Shown here: in pieces, positions 12,776 through 28,747 of the stretch
How the letters are laid out: the number at the start of each line of letters is the position of its first letter
Numbering within the stretch: position 1 is the first letter of the stretch
Assembly: GCA_964016885.1 (NCBI GenBank)
Contig: OZ024742.1
Coordinates: 150,598,001 to 150,662,000 of the forward strand
DNA length: 64,000 nucleotides
Source of the DNA: Eledone cirrhosa
Taxonomy: Eukaryota
Direction of reading: 5' to 3'
Notes under the pieces: generated by a model
The model's database searches: none
What the model was told of the DNA's origin: nothing
The model's input: the letters and a program-made list of their open reading frames with translations, nothing else
Position numbers and translations under genes: made by a program

Positions 12776-13833
12776 AAGTCGAAAGTTTGACCTCGGCGGG
12801 ATTTGTACTCAAAATGCAAAGAATCGGAATGAATACCCCAAACCATTCCATCCGACGTTCTAACGTCTCTGATAAATCGCTGCCATTCGATCTGTCGAGA
12901 AAAGGTAAATTGATGAACCCATTAAATAAGGTAGTCCTTGATTTTCTTTCAATAGTCAGATTTTCTGTATTGGGGTCGATCTTGGGGCTAAACAATAAGA
13001 ACAACAGCACATTCATCACGTACACAACTCCACCTCAATGAATATTTTACTTGGCCGTGGGGAGGAGATCCAGTAAGAAGTAGAAGGGAAGAGTATTTCT
13101 TCTGTTTTATATGAATATCAATTATTTTTATATAAATACCTAAATATATTTGGACACTTAACTTCACTAATAAAAAATTAACAAACTTTGATTATCTTGA
13201 CTTCTTAAAAACTAAGTATTTAGAAATAACTATTTATGCACAACTCATCGTATTGTAAGATAAATTTGATGCGGATATAAGTACAGTTTATAAGCCTCGC
13301 TGTGAAAATCTAAATAAATCTAAATAACATTTTCTTATTTTCTTCGTGCGCAAAAGAGAAATACGAATTTGATTTTATGTTTCATGGGTAATAGGACGTT
13401 CATCAGAAGAAACAATTGCACTTACCCTCCTGTGACCCAAGAGTATTTAGAAATATTAATGTATTTCTTATGTACCCATTTCTTTACATCAATACAATAA
13501 AAAGCTGAGTAATTCGTATGAAACTATGCACAAACAAATTTTCCCTCGCCATAGAAAAACAAAAACAGTAACAAAGGCAGGATAAAAATGCCAGATCTAC
13601 CCAGACAGATGCCTCTAGCGAGCTTTAAGTTTTAATATTTATTTAATTATTTTCATCAACAGATTTTAGATAGTAATCTCCAAAATGTAAAAGAGTATTT
13701 GCTTATTTTTTATTTAATATCTTATTTTCACCCTGCCCCGTTCGTTTCTTTTCTGCTCCTTGTATGTAATATATGTGTGGTGCATATGTATGTATATATA
13801 TAGATACACACCTACACAATACACGCATGCGCT

Positions 13834-13874
<41 letters not shown>

Positions 13875-13910
13875 CTTAACATATATATATATGTATATAC
13901 ACACACACAC

Positions 13911-13952
<42 letters not shown>

Positions 13953-14192
13953 GTGTATATACACACACACACATATATATATATATGTGTGTGTGTGTGT
14001 ATATAAAGATTGTGTGACATCTGCATCTGTATATTTCGCGTGAATCTATTCTCTTTACATAAATCTATTTAGAAACCCCGCAGTTATTCAATGATAGCTA
14101 ATTCCTATGACTCCTGTGGTCATGAAGAATAAGAATGTTTGCCCATTGACACGGAGTGGAAGTTATAGAAAATTGTAATAGGTGAATAATTG

Positions 14193-14271
<79 letters not shown>

Positions 14272-14277
14272 CGCACG

Positions 14278-14409
<132 letters not shown>

Positions 14410-14779
14410 TATATACCATCTGTAGCTGTTCTATAATACATTTCTCCTGAAATTGTTATTTTCTGAGTAAATGATTTGAGTTATCTACTATTTAAAGAAT
14501 AATAAAAGATGTTTGCCAATATTCAAGTTTATTAAAGATTTGGGTAAGAAAGGGTTGGTAATTTAAATAGAAATATATTAATGATAAATTAAATGTTTCT
14601 CATTGAAAGAAAGAAAAATATATATCATAAATAAATAATAATCGTTCGTGTATCGTATACGTAAGCCCAGCCATAGAGTTACAATTCCTACTGACGTTAA
14701 AGACTTTGTAAACAGACTGTTTTATAAAATTGTTTTAATGTGCTGTTGGCGTTTCGGCGTTTTCAACGAAGCGTACTCA

Positions 14780-15055
14780 AGAAGATTTAATCAATAGAAC
14801 TGCCTACTCGTGGAATTAACGTGTAAGCAGCTGAACATTCTACAGTCATATGTCCCAATGATGTAGTTCTCGGGGAGATTCAGCATGGTTCAATGAGGGC
14901 TGGCTCTTTGAATTACAAGTACAACTCTGAGCAGACTGGAGTAACGCGAAATTTAGCGCCTTGCTCAAGAGCACACCGGGCTGCCACTCCAGTAATCGAA
15001 CTCACGACAGTCGGATCGTGAAATAAACACCCTAATCACCAATCACGCACTTTCA
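14780..15055 (-). mobile_element. Diverged SINE, family-B-like head
   Basis: gtaacgcgaaatttagcgccttgctcaagagcac...aatcgaactcacgac mirrors the family B core and B box. Confidence 0.55.
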
Positions 15056-15416
15056 CTGCTCTAATATACATATATAATACAAGGTTATTTATCAGATATT
15101 TGTAGGAGTTTTACCAATATTTACTTGAAATAATGCCAGATGTTTACTACAGAAGAAAACTATTTCTATGGTTAGATTAATGTTTCAGACTGTTCTCGTT
15201 CAGCGTACATTATGTTGAGCATAAGAAGAGCTCTTAGAGAAATACATAAACATTACCACTAACGGAGTCAACTAAGATTTCAAGAGATGCCTCGTCAGAA
15301 TCGAGATATCTGACATGGTTAAGTAAACAAAGAGACTATCTTTAAAGATATATTTATATATGTACATATGTATATATGTATATGTACAAACACTCACATA
15401 CACACACACACACACA

Positions 15417-15457
<41 letters not shown>

Positions 15458-15875
15458 GCCCACACGCGCACACACAAACACATTGATATATATACATATA
15501 TACATTAGAGTATGTGTTCTGGTTCCTCCACTCAGAGTTAAAATTCCACCGAGATCAACTTTGCCGTTCATTCATTCGACATCGATAAATAAAGTACTAA
15601 TTCAATACTTGGGTCAATTTTCTTCTTCCATATTTCTTTCTTGATTCTCTCTCGCTCTCTATTAGTCTCGGAGAGATCGGCTTTGTTCAGATCAGGAGAG
15701 GGATGTGATCTGTCAGGTGAAAATAATTAACAACAGCATGCATTACAACATAATTCATTTTCAGTTTTACTAGGGTGAATATGTTATCTCAGAGATAGTG
15801 TATTTGGTATTGACATTAGTATATGATGATTAATTTAGTGCATCTTCTTCTCTCTCTCTCTGTATCACACACACA

Positions 15876-15949
<74 letters not shown>

Positions 15950-16885
15950 CTGCATGCTTGCGTACATGTGTGTATGTACATGTAAACGAAACTTCATCGT
16001 TTTTCTTTATATATATACTCACTCATCCCACTAACACCTCTACTAATACACACACACACCCTCCTCACTCCAACTTTCACACCTACCCATCCTCGCCCCT
16101 TTACCATTCCACCGACTGCTGCTATGCCCTCTGACCACCTCCCAGCACAAACAGACACACAGCACTCCCACTGCTTGACCACTTCCTGTTGCGCGCGCAC
16201 CCCACATCTCTCCTCTTCCGACCATCTCTTCATGGAATACTCGTATGTGGAACTTGACCACCACGGAATCTACTAAACATCATAGGAATTTACCAACTTT
16301 TCAACCATCCTCTTACGGAATCACCTATATAACTCACCCACACACACACCCAAAAATTTTTTTTCTCCACACGCCACCTACACCCACAACACGCTTAAAC
16401 CCCACACACACGCGCTTTCCACCACATATGTATACCCTCAGCCTCCTGATTCCTCTCCCCCCACCCCTCTATCCACACACGCACAGACACTCTGACCTAC
16501 AACCCCCCCACACACACACACACCTCTTCCTGAACATGCAACCCCGTTCTTCCCCCAACCCTTACTTTCACATACACACACACACACGTACACCTACACA
16601 CACACACCACCTTCAGCCCTCCCCGCTCGGACACCCCGTCTCCCTCTCCCCACTCCACCCGCCACCACCCCTACACACCCCACACCCTTCCACCACCTGT
16701 TTTACCCCTTTTTAATTTCAGTTTATTTTGATCATGCTTTTATATTTAATTTTATTTCATTCCTTGTATTTTGATCATGCTTTATTTTTATTTTTATTTT
16801 TAATTTCATTCGCACCGTTTCCTTTCGCTATATGTCTCTCCACCACTCCCCTACACACCCTTTGAACTCTGTTCCCACACACTTC

Positions 16886-16920
16886 TCACCTGAGGAAGGG
16901 CTTATGCCCGAAACGTCGTT
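16886..16920 (+). ncRNA. Penelope-type minimal hammerhead-like motif, weak stem I
   Basis: CTGAGGA-A GGGC TTAT GCCC-GAA ACGT C; AATAAA about 40 nt downstream, then (TA)n. Stem I has only about 2 bp. Confidence 0.5.
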
Positions 16921-17007
16921 CCCCACCACCACCCCACTCTCCAGAGCGTGAAATTAATAAACATTCGTTGTACTACCTCTCTGTTTTGTTCCTGTTCAAA
17001 TTTTTCC

Positions 17008-17069
<62 letters not shown>

Positions 17070-17073
<4 letters not shown>

Positions 17074-17273
17074 AAAAAGTATCACCCCAACGGCAGAGCT
17101 CAAGCCGTTTCGACGGCCATTTCTGGACTATTTCAGTCCAGAAATAGCCGTCAAAACGGCTTGAACTCTGCCGTCGGGGTCATACTTTTTCCTATTACCC
17201 ACTCTACTACCCTAAGTATTGAGTACTCTGGTTCGTTATGGTCCATCCAGTTCCTTACCACAATTCCTTCGTT
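17070..17273 (+). mobile_element. Family H hairpin element
   Basis: About 60-bp-arm palindrome taggaaaaagtat...ctggact atttc agtccag...atactttttccta plus a unique tail; (TA)n on both sides. Confidence 0.7.
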
Positions 17274-17291
17274 ATATATATATATATATAT

Positions 17292-20200
17292 AAATTGGAA
17301 TAAATGCTCTGAAATAGCGATATATATGTGAATATAGACATAGAATATTCGAAAATATTCTGTATGTTTATAATAAACATTTTGAAGACCTAATCGCTAT
17401 AGAATAGAATACGTCACGTATTACAATTAGATTCTCGACAAAAGCAAGGGAAGTAATCTACGCGTTTCATTCTTGTTAGAAATCATCAGGACTACATATC
17501 CAGTGCTTTTATCGAGAATGACACAGCTAGAGACTTATAGAATACTTAGCTGTGTACAGGAACTGGTTTGAAAGAGCGGTTGCCGGTCCGGCAGAAATTA
17601 GAAATTGGAATAAATGCTCTGAAATAGCGATATATATGTGAATATAGACATAGAATATTCGAAAATATTCTGTATGTTTATAATAAACATTTTGAAGACC
17701 TAATCGCTATAGAATAGAATACGTCACGTATTACAATTAGATTCTCGACAAAAGCAAGGGAAGTAATCTACGCGTTTCATTCTTGTTAGAAATCATCAGG
17801 ACTACATATCCAGTGCTTTTATCGAGAATGACACAGCTAGAGACTTATAGAATACTTAGCTGTGTACAGGAACTGGTTTGAAAGAGCGGTTGCCGGTCCG
17901 GCAGAAATTAGAAATTGGAATAAATGCTCTGAAATAGCGATATATATGTGAATATAGACATAGAATATTCGAAAATATTCTGTATGTTTATAATAAACAT
18001 TTTGAAGACCTAATCGCTATAGAATAGAATACGTCACGTATTACAATTAGATTCTCGACAAAAGCAAGGGAAGTAATCTACGCGTTTCATTCTTGTTAGA
18101 AATCATCAGGACTACATATCCAGTGCTTTTATCGAGAATGACACAGCTAGAGACTTATAGAATACTTAGCTGTGTACAGGAACTGGTTTGAAAGAGCGGT
18201 TGCCGGTCCGGCAGAAATTAGAAATTGGAATAAATGCTCTGAAATAGCGATATATATGTGAATATAGACATAGAATATTCGAAAATATTCTGTATGTTTA
18301 TAATAAACATTTTGAAGACCTAATCGCTATAGAATAGAATACGTCACGTATTACAATTAGATTCTCGACAAAAGCAAGGGAAGTAATCTACGCGTTTCAT
18401 TCTTGTTAGAAATCATCAGGACTACATATCCAGTGCTTTTATCGAGAATGACACAGCTAGAGACTTATAGAATACTTAGCTGTGTACAGGAACTGGTTTG
18501 AAAGAGCGGTTGCCGGTCCGGCAGAAATTAGAAATTGGAATAAATGCTCTGAAATAGCGATATATATGTGAATATAGACATAGAATATTCGAAAATATTC
18601 TGTATGTTTATAATAAACATTTTGAAGACCTAATCGCTATAGAATAGAATACGTCACGTATTACAATTAGATTCTCGACAAAAGCAAGGGAAGTAATCTA
18701 CGCGTTTCATTCTTGTTAGAAATCATCAGGACTACATATCCAGTGCTTTTATCGAGAATGACACAGCTAGAGACTTATAGAATACTTAGCTGTGTACAGG
18801 AACTGGTTTGAAAGAGCGGTTGCCGGTCCGGCAGAAATTAGAAATTGGAATAAATGCTCTGAAATAGCGATATATATGTGAATATAGACATAGAATATTC
18901 GAAAATATTCTGTATGTTTATAATAAACATTTTGAAGACCTAATCGCTATAGAATAGAATACGTCACGTATTACAATTAGATTCTCGACAAAAGCAAGGG
19001 AAGTAATCTACGCGTTTCATTCTTGTTAGAAATCATCAGGACTACATATCCAGTGCTTTTATCGAGAATGACACAGCTAGAGACTTATAGAATACTTAGC
19101 TGTGTACAGGAACTGGTTTGAAAGAGCGGTTGCCGGTCCGGCAGAAATTAGAAATTGGAATAAATGCTCTGAAATAGCGATATATATGTGAATATAGACA
19201 TAGAATATTCGAAAATATTCTGTATGTTTATAATAAACATTTTGAAGACCTAATCGCTATAGAATAGAATACGTCACGTATTACAATTAGATTCTCGACA
19301 AAAGCAAGGGAAGTAATCTACGCGTTTCATTCTTGTTAGAAATCATCAGGACTACATATCCAGTGCTTTTATCGAGAATGACACAGCTAGAGACTTATAG
19401 AATACTTAGCTGTGTACAGGAACTGGTTTGAAAGAGCGGTTGCCGGTCCGGCAGAAATTAGAAATTGGAATAAATGCTCTGAAATAGCGATATATATGTG
19501 AATATAGACATAGAATATTCGAAAATATTCTGTATGTTTATAATAAACATTTTGAAGACCTAATCGCTATAGAATAGAATACGTCACGTATTACAATTAG
19601 ATTCTCGACAAAAGCAAGGGAAGTAATCTACGCGTTTCATTCTTGTTAGAAATCATCAGGACTACATATCCAGTGCTTTTATCGAGAATGACACAGCTAG
19701 AGACTTATAGAATACTTAGCTGTGTACAGGAACTGGTTTGAAAGAGCGGTTGCCGGTCCGGCAGAAATTAGAAATTGGAATAAATGCTCTGAAATAGCGA
19801 TATATATGTGAATATAGACATAGAATATTCGAAAATATTCTGTATGTTTATAATAAACATTTTGAAGACCTAATCGCTATAGAATAGAATACGTCACGTA
19901 TTACAATTAGATTCTCGACAAAAGCAAGGGAAGTAATCTACGCGTTTCATTCTTGTTAGAAATCATCAGGACTACATATCCAGTGCTTTTATCGAGAATG
20001 ACACAGCTAGAGACTTATAGAATACTTAGCTGTGTACAGGAACTGGTTTGAAAGAGCGGTTGCCGGTCCGGCAGAAATTAGAAATTGGAATAAATGCTCT
20101 GAAATAGCGATATATATGTGAATATAGACATAGAATATTCGAAAATATTCTGTATGTTTATAATAAACATTTTGAAGACCTAATCGCTATAGAATAGAAT

Positions 20201-23200
20201 ACGTCACGTATTACAATTAGATTCTCGACAAAAGCAAGGGAAGTAATCTACGCGTTTCATTCTTGTTAGAAATCATCAGGACTACATATCCAGTGCTTTT
20301 ATCGAGAATGACACAGCTAGAGACTTATAGAATACTTAGCTGTGTACAGGAACTGGTTTGAAAGAGCGGTTGCCGGTCCGGCAGAAATTAGAAATTGGAA
20401 TAAATGCTCTGAAATAGCGATATATATGTGAATATAGACATAGAATATTCGAAAATATTCTGTATGTTTATAATAAACATTTTGAAGACCTAATCGCTAT
20501 AGAATAGAATACGTCACGTATTACAATTAGATTCTCGACAAAAGCAAGGGAAGTAATCTACGCGTTTCATTCTTGTTAGAAATCATCAGGACTACATATC
20601 CAGTGCTTTTATCGAGAATGACACAGCTAGAGACTTATAGAATACTTAGCTGTGTACAGGAACTGGTTTGAAAGAGCGGTTGCCGGTCCGGCAGAAATTA
20701 GAAATTGGAATAAATGCTCTGAAATAGCGATATATATGTGAATATAGACATAGAATATTCGAAAATATTCTGTATGTTTATAATAAACATTTTGAAGACC
20801 TAATCGCTATAGAATAGAATACGTCACGTATTACAATTAGATTCTCGACAAAAGCAAGGGAAGTAATCTACGCGTTTCATTCTTGTTAGAAATCATCAGG
20901 ACTACATATCCAGTGCTTTTATCGAGAATGACACAGCTAGAGACTTATAGAATACTTAGCTGTGTACAGGAACTGGTTTGAAAGAGCGGTTGCCGGTCCG
21001 GCAGAAATTAGAAATTGGAATAAATGCTCTGAAATAGCGATATATATGTGAATATAGACATAGAATATTCGAAAATATTCTGTATGTTTATAATAAACAT
21101 TTTGAAGACCTAATCGCTATAGAATAGAATACGTCACGTATTACAATTAGATTCTCGACAAAAGCAAGGGAAGTAATCTACGCGTTTCATTCTTGTTAGA
21201 AATCATCAGGACTACATATCCAGTGCTTTTATCGAGAATGACACAGCTAGAGACTTATAGAATACTTAGCTGTGTACAGGAACTGGTTTGAAAGAGCGGT
21301 TGCCGGTCCGGCAGAAATTAGAAATTGGAATAAATGCTCTGAAATAGCGATATATATGTGAATATAGACATAGAATATTCGAAAATATTCTGTATGTTTA
21401 TAATAAACATTTTGAAGACCTAATCGCTATAGAATAGAATACGTCACGTATTACAATTAGATTCTCGACAAAAGCAAGGGAAGTAATCTACGCGTTTCAT
21501 TCTTGTTAGAAATCATCAGGACTACATATCCAGTGCTTTTATCGAGAATGACACAGCTAGAGACTTATAGAATACTTAGCTGTGTACAGGAACTGGTTTG
21601 AAAGAGCGGTTGCCGGTCCGGCAGAAATTAGAAATTGGAATAAATGCTCTGAAATAGCGATATATATGTGAATATAGACATAGAATATTCGAAAATATTC
21701 TGTATGTTTATAATAAACATTTTGAAGACCTAATCGCTATAGAATAGAATACGTCACGTATTACAATTAGATTCTCGACAAAAGCAAGGGAAGTAATCTA
21801 CGCGTTTCATTCTTGTTAGAAATCATCAGGACTACATATCCAGTGCTTTTATCGAGAATGACACAGCTAGAGACTTATAGAATACTTAGCTGTGTACAGG
21901 AACTGGTTTGAAAGAGCGGTTGCCGGTCCGGCAGAAATTAGAAATTGGAATAAATGCTCTGAAATAGCGATATATATGTGAATATAGACATAGAATATTC
22001 GAAAATATTCTGTATGTTTATAATAAACATTTTGAAGACCTAATCGCTATAGAATAGAATACGTCACGTATTACAATTAGATTCTCGACAAAAGCAAGGG
22101 AAGTAATCTACGCGTTTCATTCTTGTTAGAAATCATCAGGACTACATATCCAGTGCTTTTATCGAGAATGACACAGCTAGAGACTTATAGAATACTTAGC
22201 TGTGTACAGGAACTGGTTTGAAAGAGCGGTTGCCGGTCCGGCAGAAATTAGAAATTGGAATAAATGCTCTGAAATAGCGATATATATGTGAATATAGACA
22301 TAGAATATTCGAAAATATTCTGTATGTTTATAATAAACATTTTGAAGACCTAATCGCTATAGAATAGAATACGTCACGTATTACAATTAGATTCTCGACA
22401 AAAGCAAGGGAAGTAATCTACGCGTTTCATTCTTGTTAGAAATCATCAGGACTACATATCCAGTGCTTTTATCGAGAATGACACAGCTAGAGACTTATAG
22501 AATACTTAGCTGTGTACAGGAACTGGTTTGAAAGAGCGGTTGCCGGTCCGGCAGAAATTAGAAATTGGAATAAATGCTCTGAAATAGCGATATATATGTG
22601 AATATAGACATAGAATATTCGAAAATATTCTGTATGTTTATAATAAACATTTTGAAGACCTAATCGCTATAGAATAGAATACGTCACGTATTACAATTAG
22701 ATTCTCGACAAAAGCAAGGGAAGTAATCTACGCGTTTCATTCTTGTTAGAAATCATCAGGACTACATATCCAGTGCTTTTATCGAGAATGACACAGCTAG
22801 AGACTTATAGAATACTTAGCTGTGTACAGGAACTGGTTTGAAAGAGCGGTTGCCGGTCCGGCAGAAATTAGAAATTGGAATAAATGCTCTGAAATAGCGA
22901 TATATATGTGAATATAGACATAGAATATTCGAAAATATTCTGTATGTTTATAATAAACATTTTGAAGACCTAATCGCTATAGAATAGAATACGTCACGTA
23001 TTACAATTAGATTCTCGACAAAAGCAAGGGAAGTAATCTACGCGTTTCATTCTTGTTAGAAATCATCAGGACTACATATCCAGTGCTTTTATCGAGAATG
23101 ACACAGCTAGAGACTTATAGAATACTTAGCTGTGTACAGGAACTGGTTTGAAAGAGCGGTTGCCGGTCCGGCAGAAATTAGAAATTGGAATAAATGCTCT

Positions 23201-26200
23201 GAAATAGCGATATATATGTGAATATAGACATAGAATATTCGAAAATATTCTGTATGTTTATAATAAACATTTTGAAGACCTAATCGCTATAGAATAGAAT
23301 ACGTCACGTATTACAATTAGATTCTCGACAAAAGCAAGGGAAGTAATCTACGCGTTTCATTCTTGTTAGAAATCATCAGGACTACATATCCAGTGCTTTT
23401 ATCGAGAATGACACAGCTAGAGACTTATAGAATACTTAGCTGTGTACAGGAACTGGTTTGAAAGAGCGGTTGCCGGTCCGGCAGAAATTAGAAATTGGAA
23501 TAAATGCTCTGAAATAGCGATATATATGTGAATATAGACATAGAATATTCGAAAATATTCTGTATGTTTATAATAAACATTTTGAAGACCTAATCGCTAT
23601 AGAATAGAATACGTCACGTATTACAATTAGATTCTCGACAAAAGCAAGGGAAGTAATCTACGCGTTTCATTCTTGTTAGAAATCATCAGGACTACATATC
23701 CAGTGCTTTTATCGAGAATGACACAGCTAGAGACTTATAGAATACTTAGCTGTGTACAGGAACTGGTTTGAAAGAGCGGTTGCCGGTCCGGCAGAAATTA
23801 GAAATTGGAATAAATGCTCTGAAATAGCGATATATATGTGAATATAGACATAGAATATTCGAAAATATTCTGTATGTTTATAATAAACATTTTGAAGACC
23901 TAATCGCTATAGAATAGAATACGTCACGTATTACAATTAGATTCTCGACAAAAGCAAGGGAAGTAATCTACGCGTTTCATTCTTGTTAGAAATCATCAGG
24001 ACTACATATCCAGTGCTTTTATCGAGAATGACACAGCTAGAGACTTATAGAATACTTAGCTGTGTACAGGAACTGGTTTGAAAGAGCGGTTGCCGGTCCG
24101 GCAGAAATTAGAAATTGGAATAAATGCTCTGAAATAGCGATATATATGTGAATATAGACATAGAATATTCGAAAATATTCTGTATGTTTATAATAAACAT
24201 TTTGAAGACCTAATCGCTATAGAATAGAATACGTCACGTATTACAATTAGATTCTCGACAAAAGCAAGGGAAGTAATCTACGCGTTTCATTCTTGTTAGA
24301 AATCATCAGGACTACATATCCAGTGCTTTTATCGAGAATGACACAGCTAGAGACTTATAGAATACTTAGCTGTGTACAGGAACTGGTTTGAAAGAGCGGT
24401 TGCCGGTCCGGCAGAAATTAGAAATTGGAATAAATGCTCTGAAATAGCGATATATATGTGAATATAGACATAGAATATTCGAAAATATTCTGTATGTTTA
24501 TAATAAACATTTTGAAGACCTAATCGCTATAGAATAGAATACGTCACGTATTACAATTAGATTCTCGACAAAAGCAAGGGAAGTAATCTACGCGTTTCAT
24601 TCTTGTTAGAAATCATCAGGACTACATATCCAGTGCTTTTATCGAGAATGACACAGCTAGAGACTTATAGAATACTTAGCTGTGTACAGGAACTGGTTTG
24701 AAAGAGCGGTTGCCGGTCCGGCAGAAATTAGAAATTGGAATAAATGCTCTGAAATAGCGATATATATGTGAATATAGACATAGAATATTCGAAAATATTC
24801 TGTATGTTTATAATAAACATTTTGAAGACCTAATCGCTATAGAATAGAATACGTCACGTATTACAATTAGATTCTCGACAAAAGCAAGGGAAGTAATCTA
24901 CGCGTTTCATTCTTGTTAGAAATCATCAGGACTACATATCCAGTGCTTTTATCGAGAATGACACAGCTAGAGACTTATAGAATACTTAGCTGTGTACAGG
25001 AACTGGTTTGAAAGAGCGGTTGCCGGTCCGGCAGAAATTAGAAATTGGAATAAATGCTCTGAAATAGCGATATATATGTGAATATAGACATAGAATATTC
25101 GAAAATATTCTGTATGTTTATAATAAACATTTTGAAGACCTAATCGCTATAGAATAGAATACGTCACGTATTACAATTAGATTCTCGACAAAAGCAAGGG
25201 AAGTAATCTACGCGTTTCATTCTTGTTAGAAATCATCAGGACTACATATCCAGTGCTTTTATCGAGAATGACACAGCTAGAGACTTATAGAATACTTAGC
25301 TGTGTACAGGAACTGGTTTGAAAGAGCGGTTGCCGGTCCGGCAGAAATTAGAAATTGGAATAAATGCTCTGAAATAGCGATATATATGTGAATATAGACA
25401 TAGAATATTCGAAAATATTCTGTATGTTTATAATAAACATTTTGAAGACCTAATCGCTATAGAATAGAATACGTCACGTATTACAATTAGATTCTCGACA
25501 AAAGCAAGGGAAGTAATCTACGCGTTTCATTCTTGTTAGAAATCATCAGGACTACATATCCAGTGCTTTTATCGAGAATGACACAGCTAGAGACTTATAG
25601 AATACTTAGCTGTGTACAGGAACTGGTTTGAAAGAGCGGTTGCCGGTCCGGCAGAAATTAGAAATTGGAATAAATGCTCTGAAATAGCGATATATATGTG
25701 AATATAGACATAGAATATTCGAAAATATTCTGTATGTTTATAATAAACATTTTGAAGACCTAATCGCTATAGAATAGAATACGTCACGTATTACAATTAG
25801 ATTCTCGACAAAAGCAAGGGAAGTAATCTACGCGTTTCATTCTTGTTAGAAATCATCAGGACTACATATCCAGTGCTTTTATCGAGAATGACACAGCTAG
25901 AGACTTATAGAATACTTAGCTGTGTACAGGAACTGGTTTGAAAGAGCGGTTGCCGGTCCGGCAGAAATTAGAAATTGGAATAAATGCTCTGAAATAGCGA
26001 TATATATGTGAATATAGACATAGAATATTCGAAAATATTCTGTATGTTTATAATAAACATTTTGAAGACCTAATCGCTATAGAATAGAATACGTCACGTA
26101 TTACAATTAGATTCTCGACAAAAGCAAGGGAAGTAATCTACGCGTTTCATTCTTGTTAGAAATCATCAGGACTACATATCCAGTGCTTTTATCGAGAATG

Positions 26201-26775
26201 ACACAGCTAGAGACTTATAGAATACTTAGCTGTGTACAGGAACTGGTTTGAAAGAGCGGTTGCCGGTCCGGCAGAAATTAGAAATTGGAATAAATGCTCT
26301 GAAATAGCGATATATATGTGAATATAGACATAGAATATTCGAAAATATTCTGTATGTTTATAATAAACATTTTGAAGACCTAATCGCTATAGAATAGAAT
26401 ACGTCACGTATTACAATTAGATTCTCGACAAAAGCAAGGGAAGTAATCTACGCGTTTCATTCTTGTTAGAAATCATCAGGACTACATATCCAGTGCTTTT
26501 ATCGAGAATGACACAGCTAGAGACTTATAGAATACTTAGCTGTGTACAGGAACTGGTTTGAAAGAGCGGTTGCCGGTCCGGCAGAAATTAGAAATTGGAA
26601 TAAATGCTCTGAAATAGCGATATATATGTGAATATAGACATAGAATATTCGAAAATATTCTGTATGTTTATAATAAACATTTTGAAGACCTAATCGCTAT
26701 AGAATAGAATACGTCACGTATTACAATTAGATTCTCGACAAAAGCAAGGGAAGTAATCTACGCGTTTCATTCTTG
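17292..26775 (-). repeat. Tandem array of 310-bp units (about 30.6 copies), ribozyme on the minus strand
   Basis: gaaattggaa recurs at 17601, 17911 and every 310 bp; no variant units spotted by eye. Confidence 0.97.
17453..17495 (-). ncRNA. Type I hammerhead ribozyme, first of 30 complete minus-strand copies (every 310 bp)
   Basis: GTAGTC-CTGATGA-T TTCT AACA AGAA T-GAA ACGCGT A-GATTAC. Stem I 6 bp, intact core, palindromic stem III, GUA triplet. Confidence 0.85.
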
Positions 26776-28747
26776 CTTTTGTCGAGAATCTAATTGTAAT
26801 ACGTGACGTATTCTATTCTATAGCGATTAGGTCTTCAAAATGTTTATTATAAACATACAGAATATTTTCGAATATTCTATGTCTATATTCACATATATAT
26901 CGCTATTTCAGAGCATTTATTCCAATTTCTAATTTCTGCCGGACCGGCAACCGCTCTTTCAAACCAGTTCCTGTACACAGCTAAGTATTCTATAAGTCTC
27001 TAGCTGTGTCATTCTCGATAAAAGCACTGGATATGTAGTCCTGATGATTTCTAACAAGAATGAAACGCGTAGATTACTTCCCTTGCTTTTGTCGAGAATC
27101 TAATTGTAATACGTGACGTATTCTATTCTATAGCGATTAGGTCTTCAAAATGTTTATTATAAACATACAGAATATTTTCGAATATTCTATGTCTATATTC
27201 ACATATATATCGCTATTTCAGAGCATTTATTCCAATTTCTAATTTCTGCCGGACCGGCAACCGCTCTTTCAAACCAGTTCCTGTACACAGCTAAGTATTC
27301 TATAAGTCTCTAGCTGTGTCATTCTCGATAAAAGCACTGGATATGTAGTCCTGATGATTTCTAACAAGAATGAAACGCGTAGATTACTTCCCTTGCTTTT
27401 GTCGAGAATCTAATTGTAATACGTGACGTATTCTATTCTATAGCGATTAGGTCTTCAAAATGTTTATTATAAACATACAGAATATTTTCGAATATTCTAT
27501 GTCTATATTCACATATATATCGCTATTTCAGAGCATTTATTCCAATTTCTAATTTCTGCCGGACCGGCAACCGCTCTTTCAAACCAGTTCCTGTACACAG
27601 CTAAGTATTCTATAAGTCTCTAGCTGTGTCATTCTCGATAAAAGCACTGGATATGTAGTCCTGATGATTTCTAACAAGAATGAAACGCGTAGATTACTTC
27701 CCTTGCTTTTGTCGAGAATCTAATTGTAATACGTGACGTATTCTATTCTATAGCGATTAGGTCTTCAAAATGTTTATTATAAACATACAGAATATTTTCG
27801 AATATTCTATGTCTATATTCACATATATATCGCTATTTCAGAGCATTTATTCCAATTTCTAATTTCTGCCGGACCGGCAACCGCTCTTTCAAACCAGTTC
27901 CTGTACACAGCTAAGTATTCTATAAGTCTCTAGCTGTGTCATTCTCGATAAAAGCACTGGATATGTAGTCCTGATGATTTCTAACAAGAATGAAACGCGT
28001 AGATTACTTCCCTTGCTTTTGTCGAGAATCTAATTGTAATACGTGACGTATTCTATTCTATAGCGATTAGGTCTTCAAAATGTTTATTATAAACATACAG
28101 AATATTTTCGAATATTCTATGTCTATATTCACATATATATCGCTATTTCAGAGCATTTATTCCAATTTCTAATTTCTGCCGGACCGGCAACCGCTCTTTC
28201 AAACCAGTTCCTGTACACAGCTAAGTATTCTATAAGTCTCTAGCTGTGTCATTCTCGATAAAAGCACTGGATATGTAGTCCTGATGATTTCTAACAAGAA
28301 TGAAACGCGTAGATTACTTCCCTTGCTTTTGTCGAGAATCTAATTGTAATACGTGACGTATTCTATTCTATAGCGATTAGGTCTTCAAAATGTTTATTAT
28401 AAACATACAGAATATTTTCGAATATTCTATGTCTATATTCACATATATATCGCTATTTCAGAGCATTTATTCCAATTTCTAATTTCTGCCGGACCGGCAA
28501 CCGCTCTTTCAAACCAGTTCCTGTACACAGCTAAGTATTCTATAAGTCTCTAGCTGTGTCATTCTCGATAAAAGCACTGGATATGTAGTCCTGATGATTT
28601 CTAACAAGAATGAAACGCGTAGATTACTTCCCTTGCTTTTGTCGAGAATCTAATTGTAATACGTGACGTATTCTATTCTATAGCGATTAGGTCTTCAAAA
28701 TGTTTATTATAAACATACAGAATATTTTCGAATATTCTATGTCTATA

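Noticed and set aside
14688-14778. ctgacgtt...aacgaagcgta hammerhead-like pattern
   Set aside because: The core lacks GA at positions 8-9 and GAAA, and there is no stem I.
15650-15725. Possible micro-exon (pyrimidine tract, AG ... CAG|GTGA)
   Set aside because: Splice-like signals alone are common; no coding or transcript evidence.
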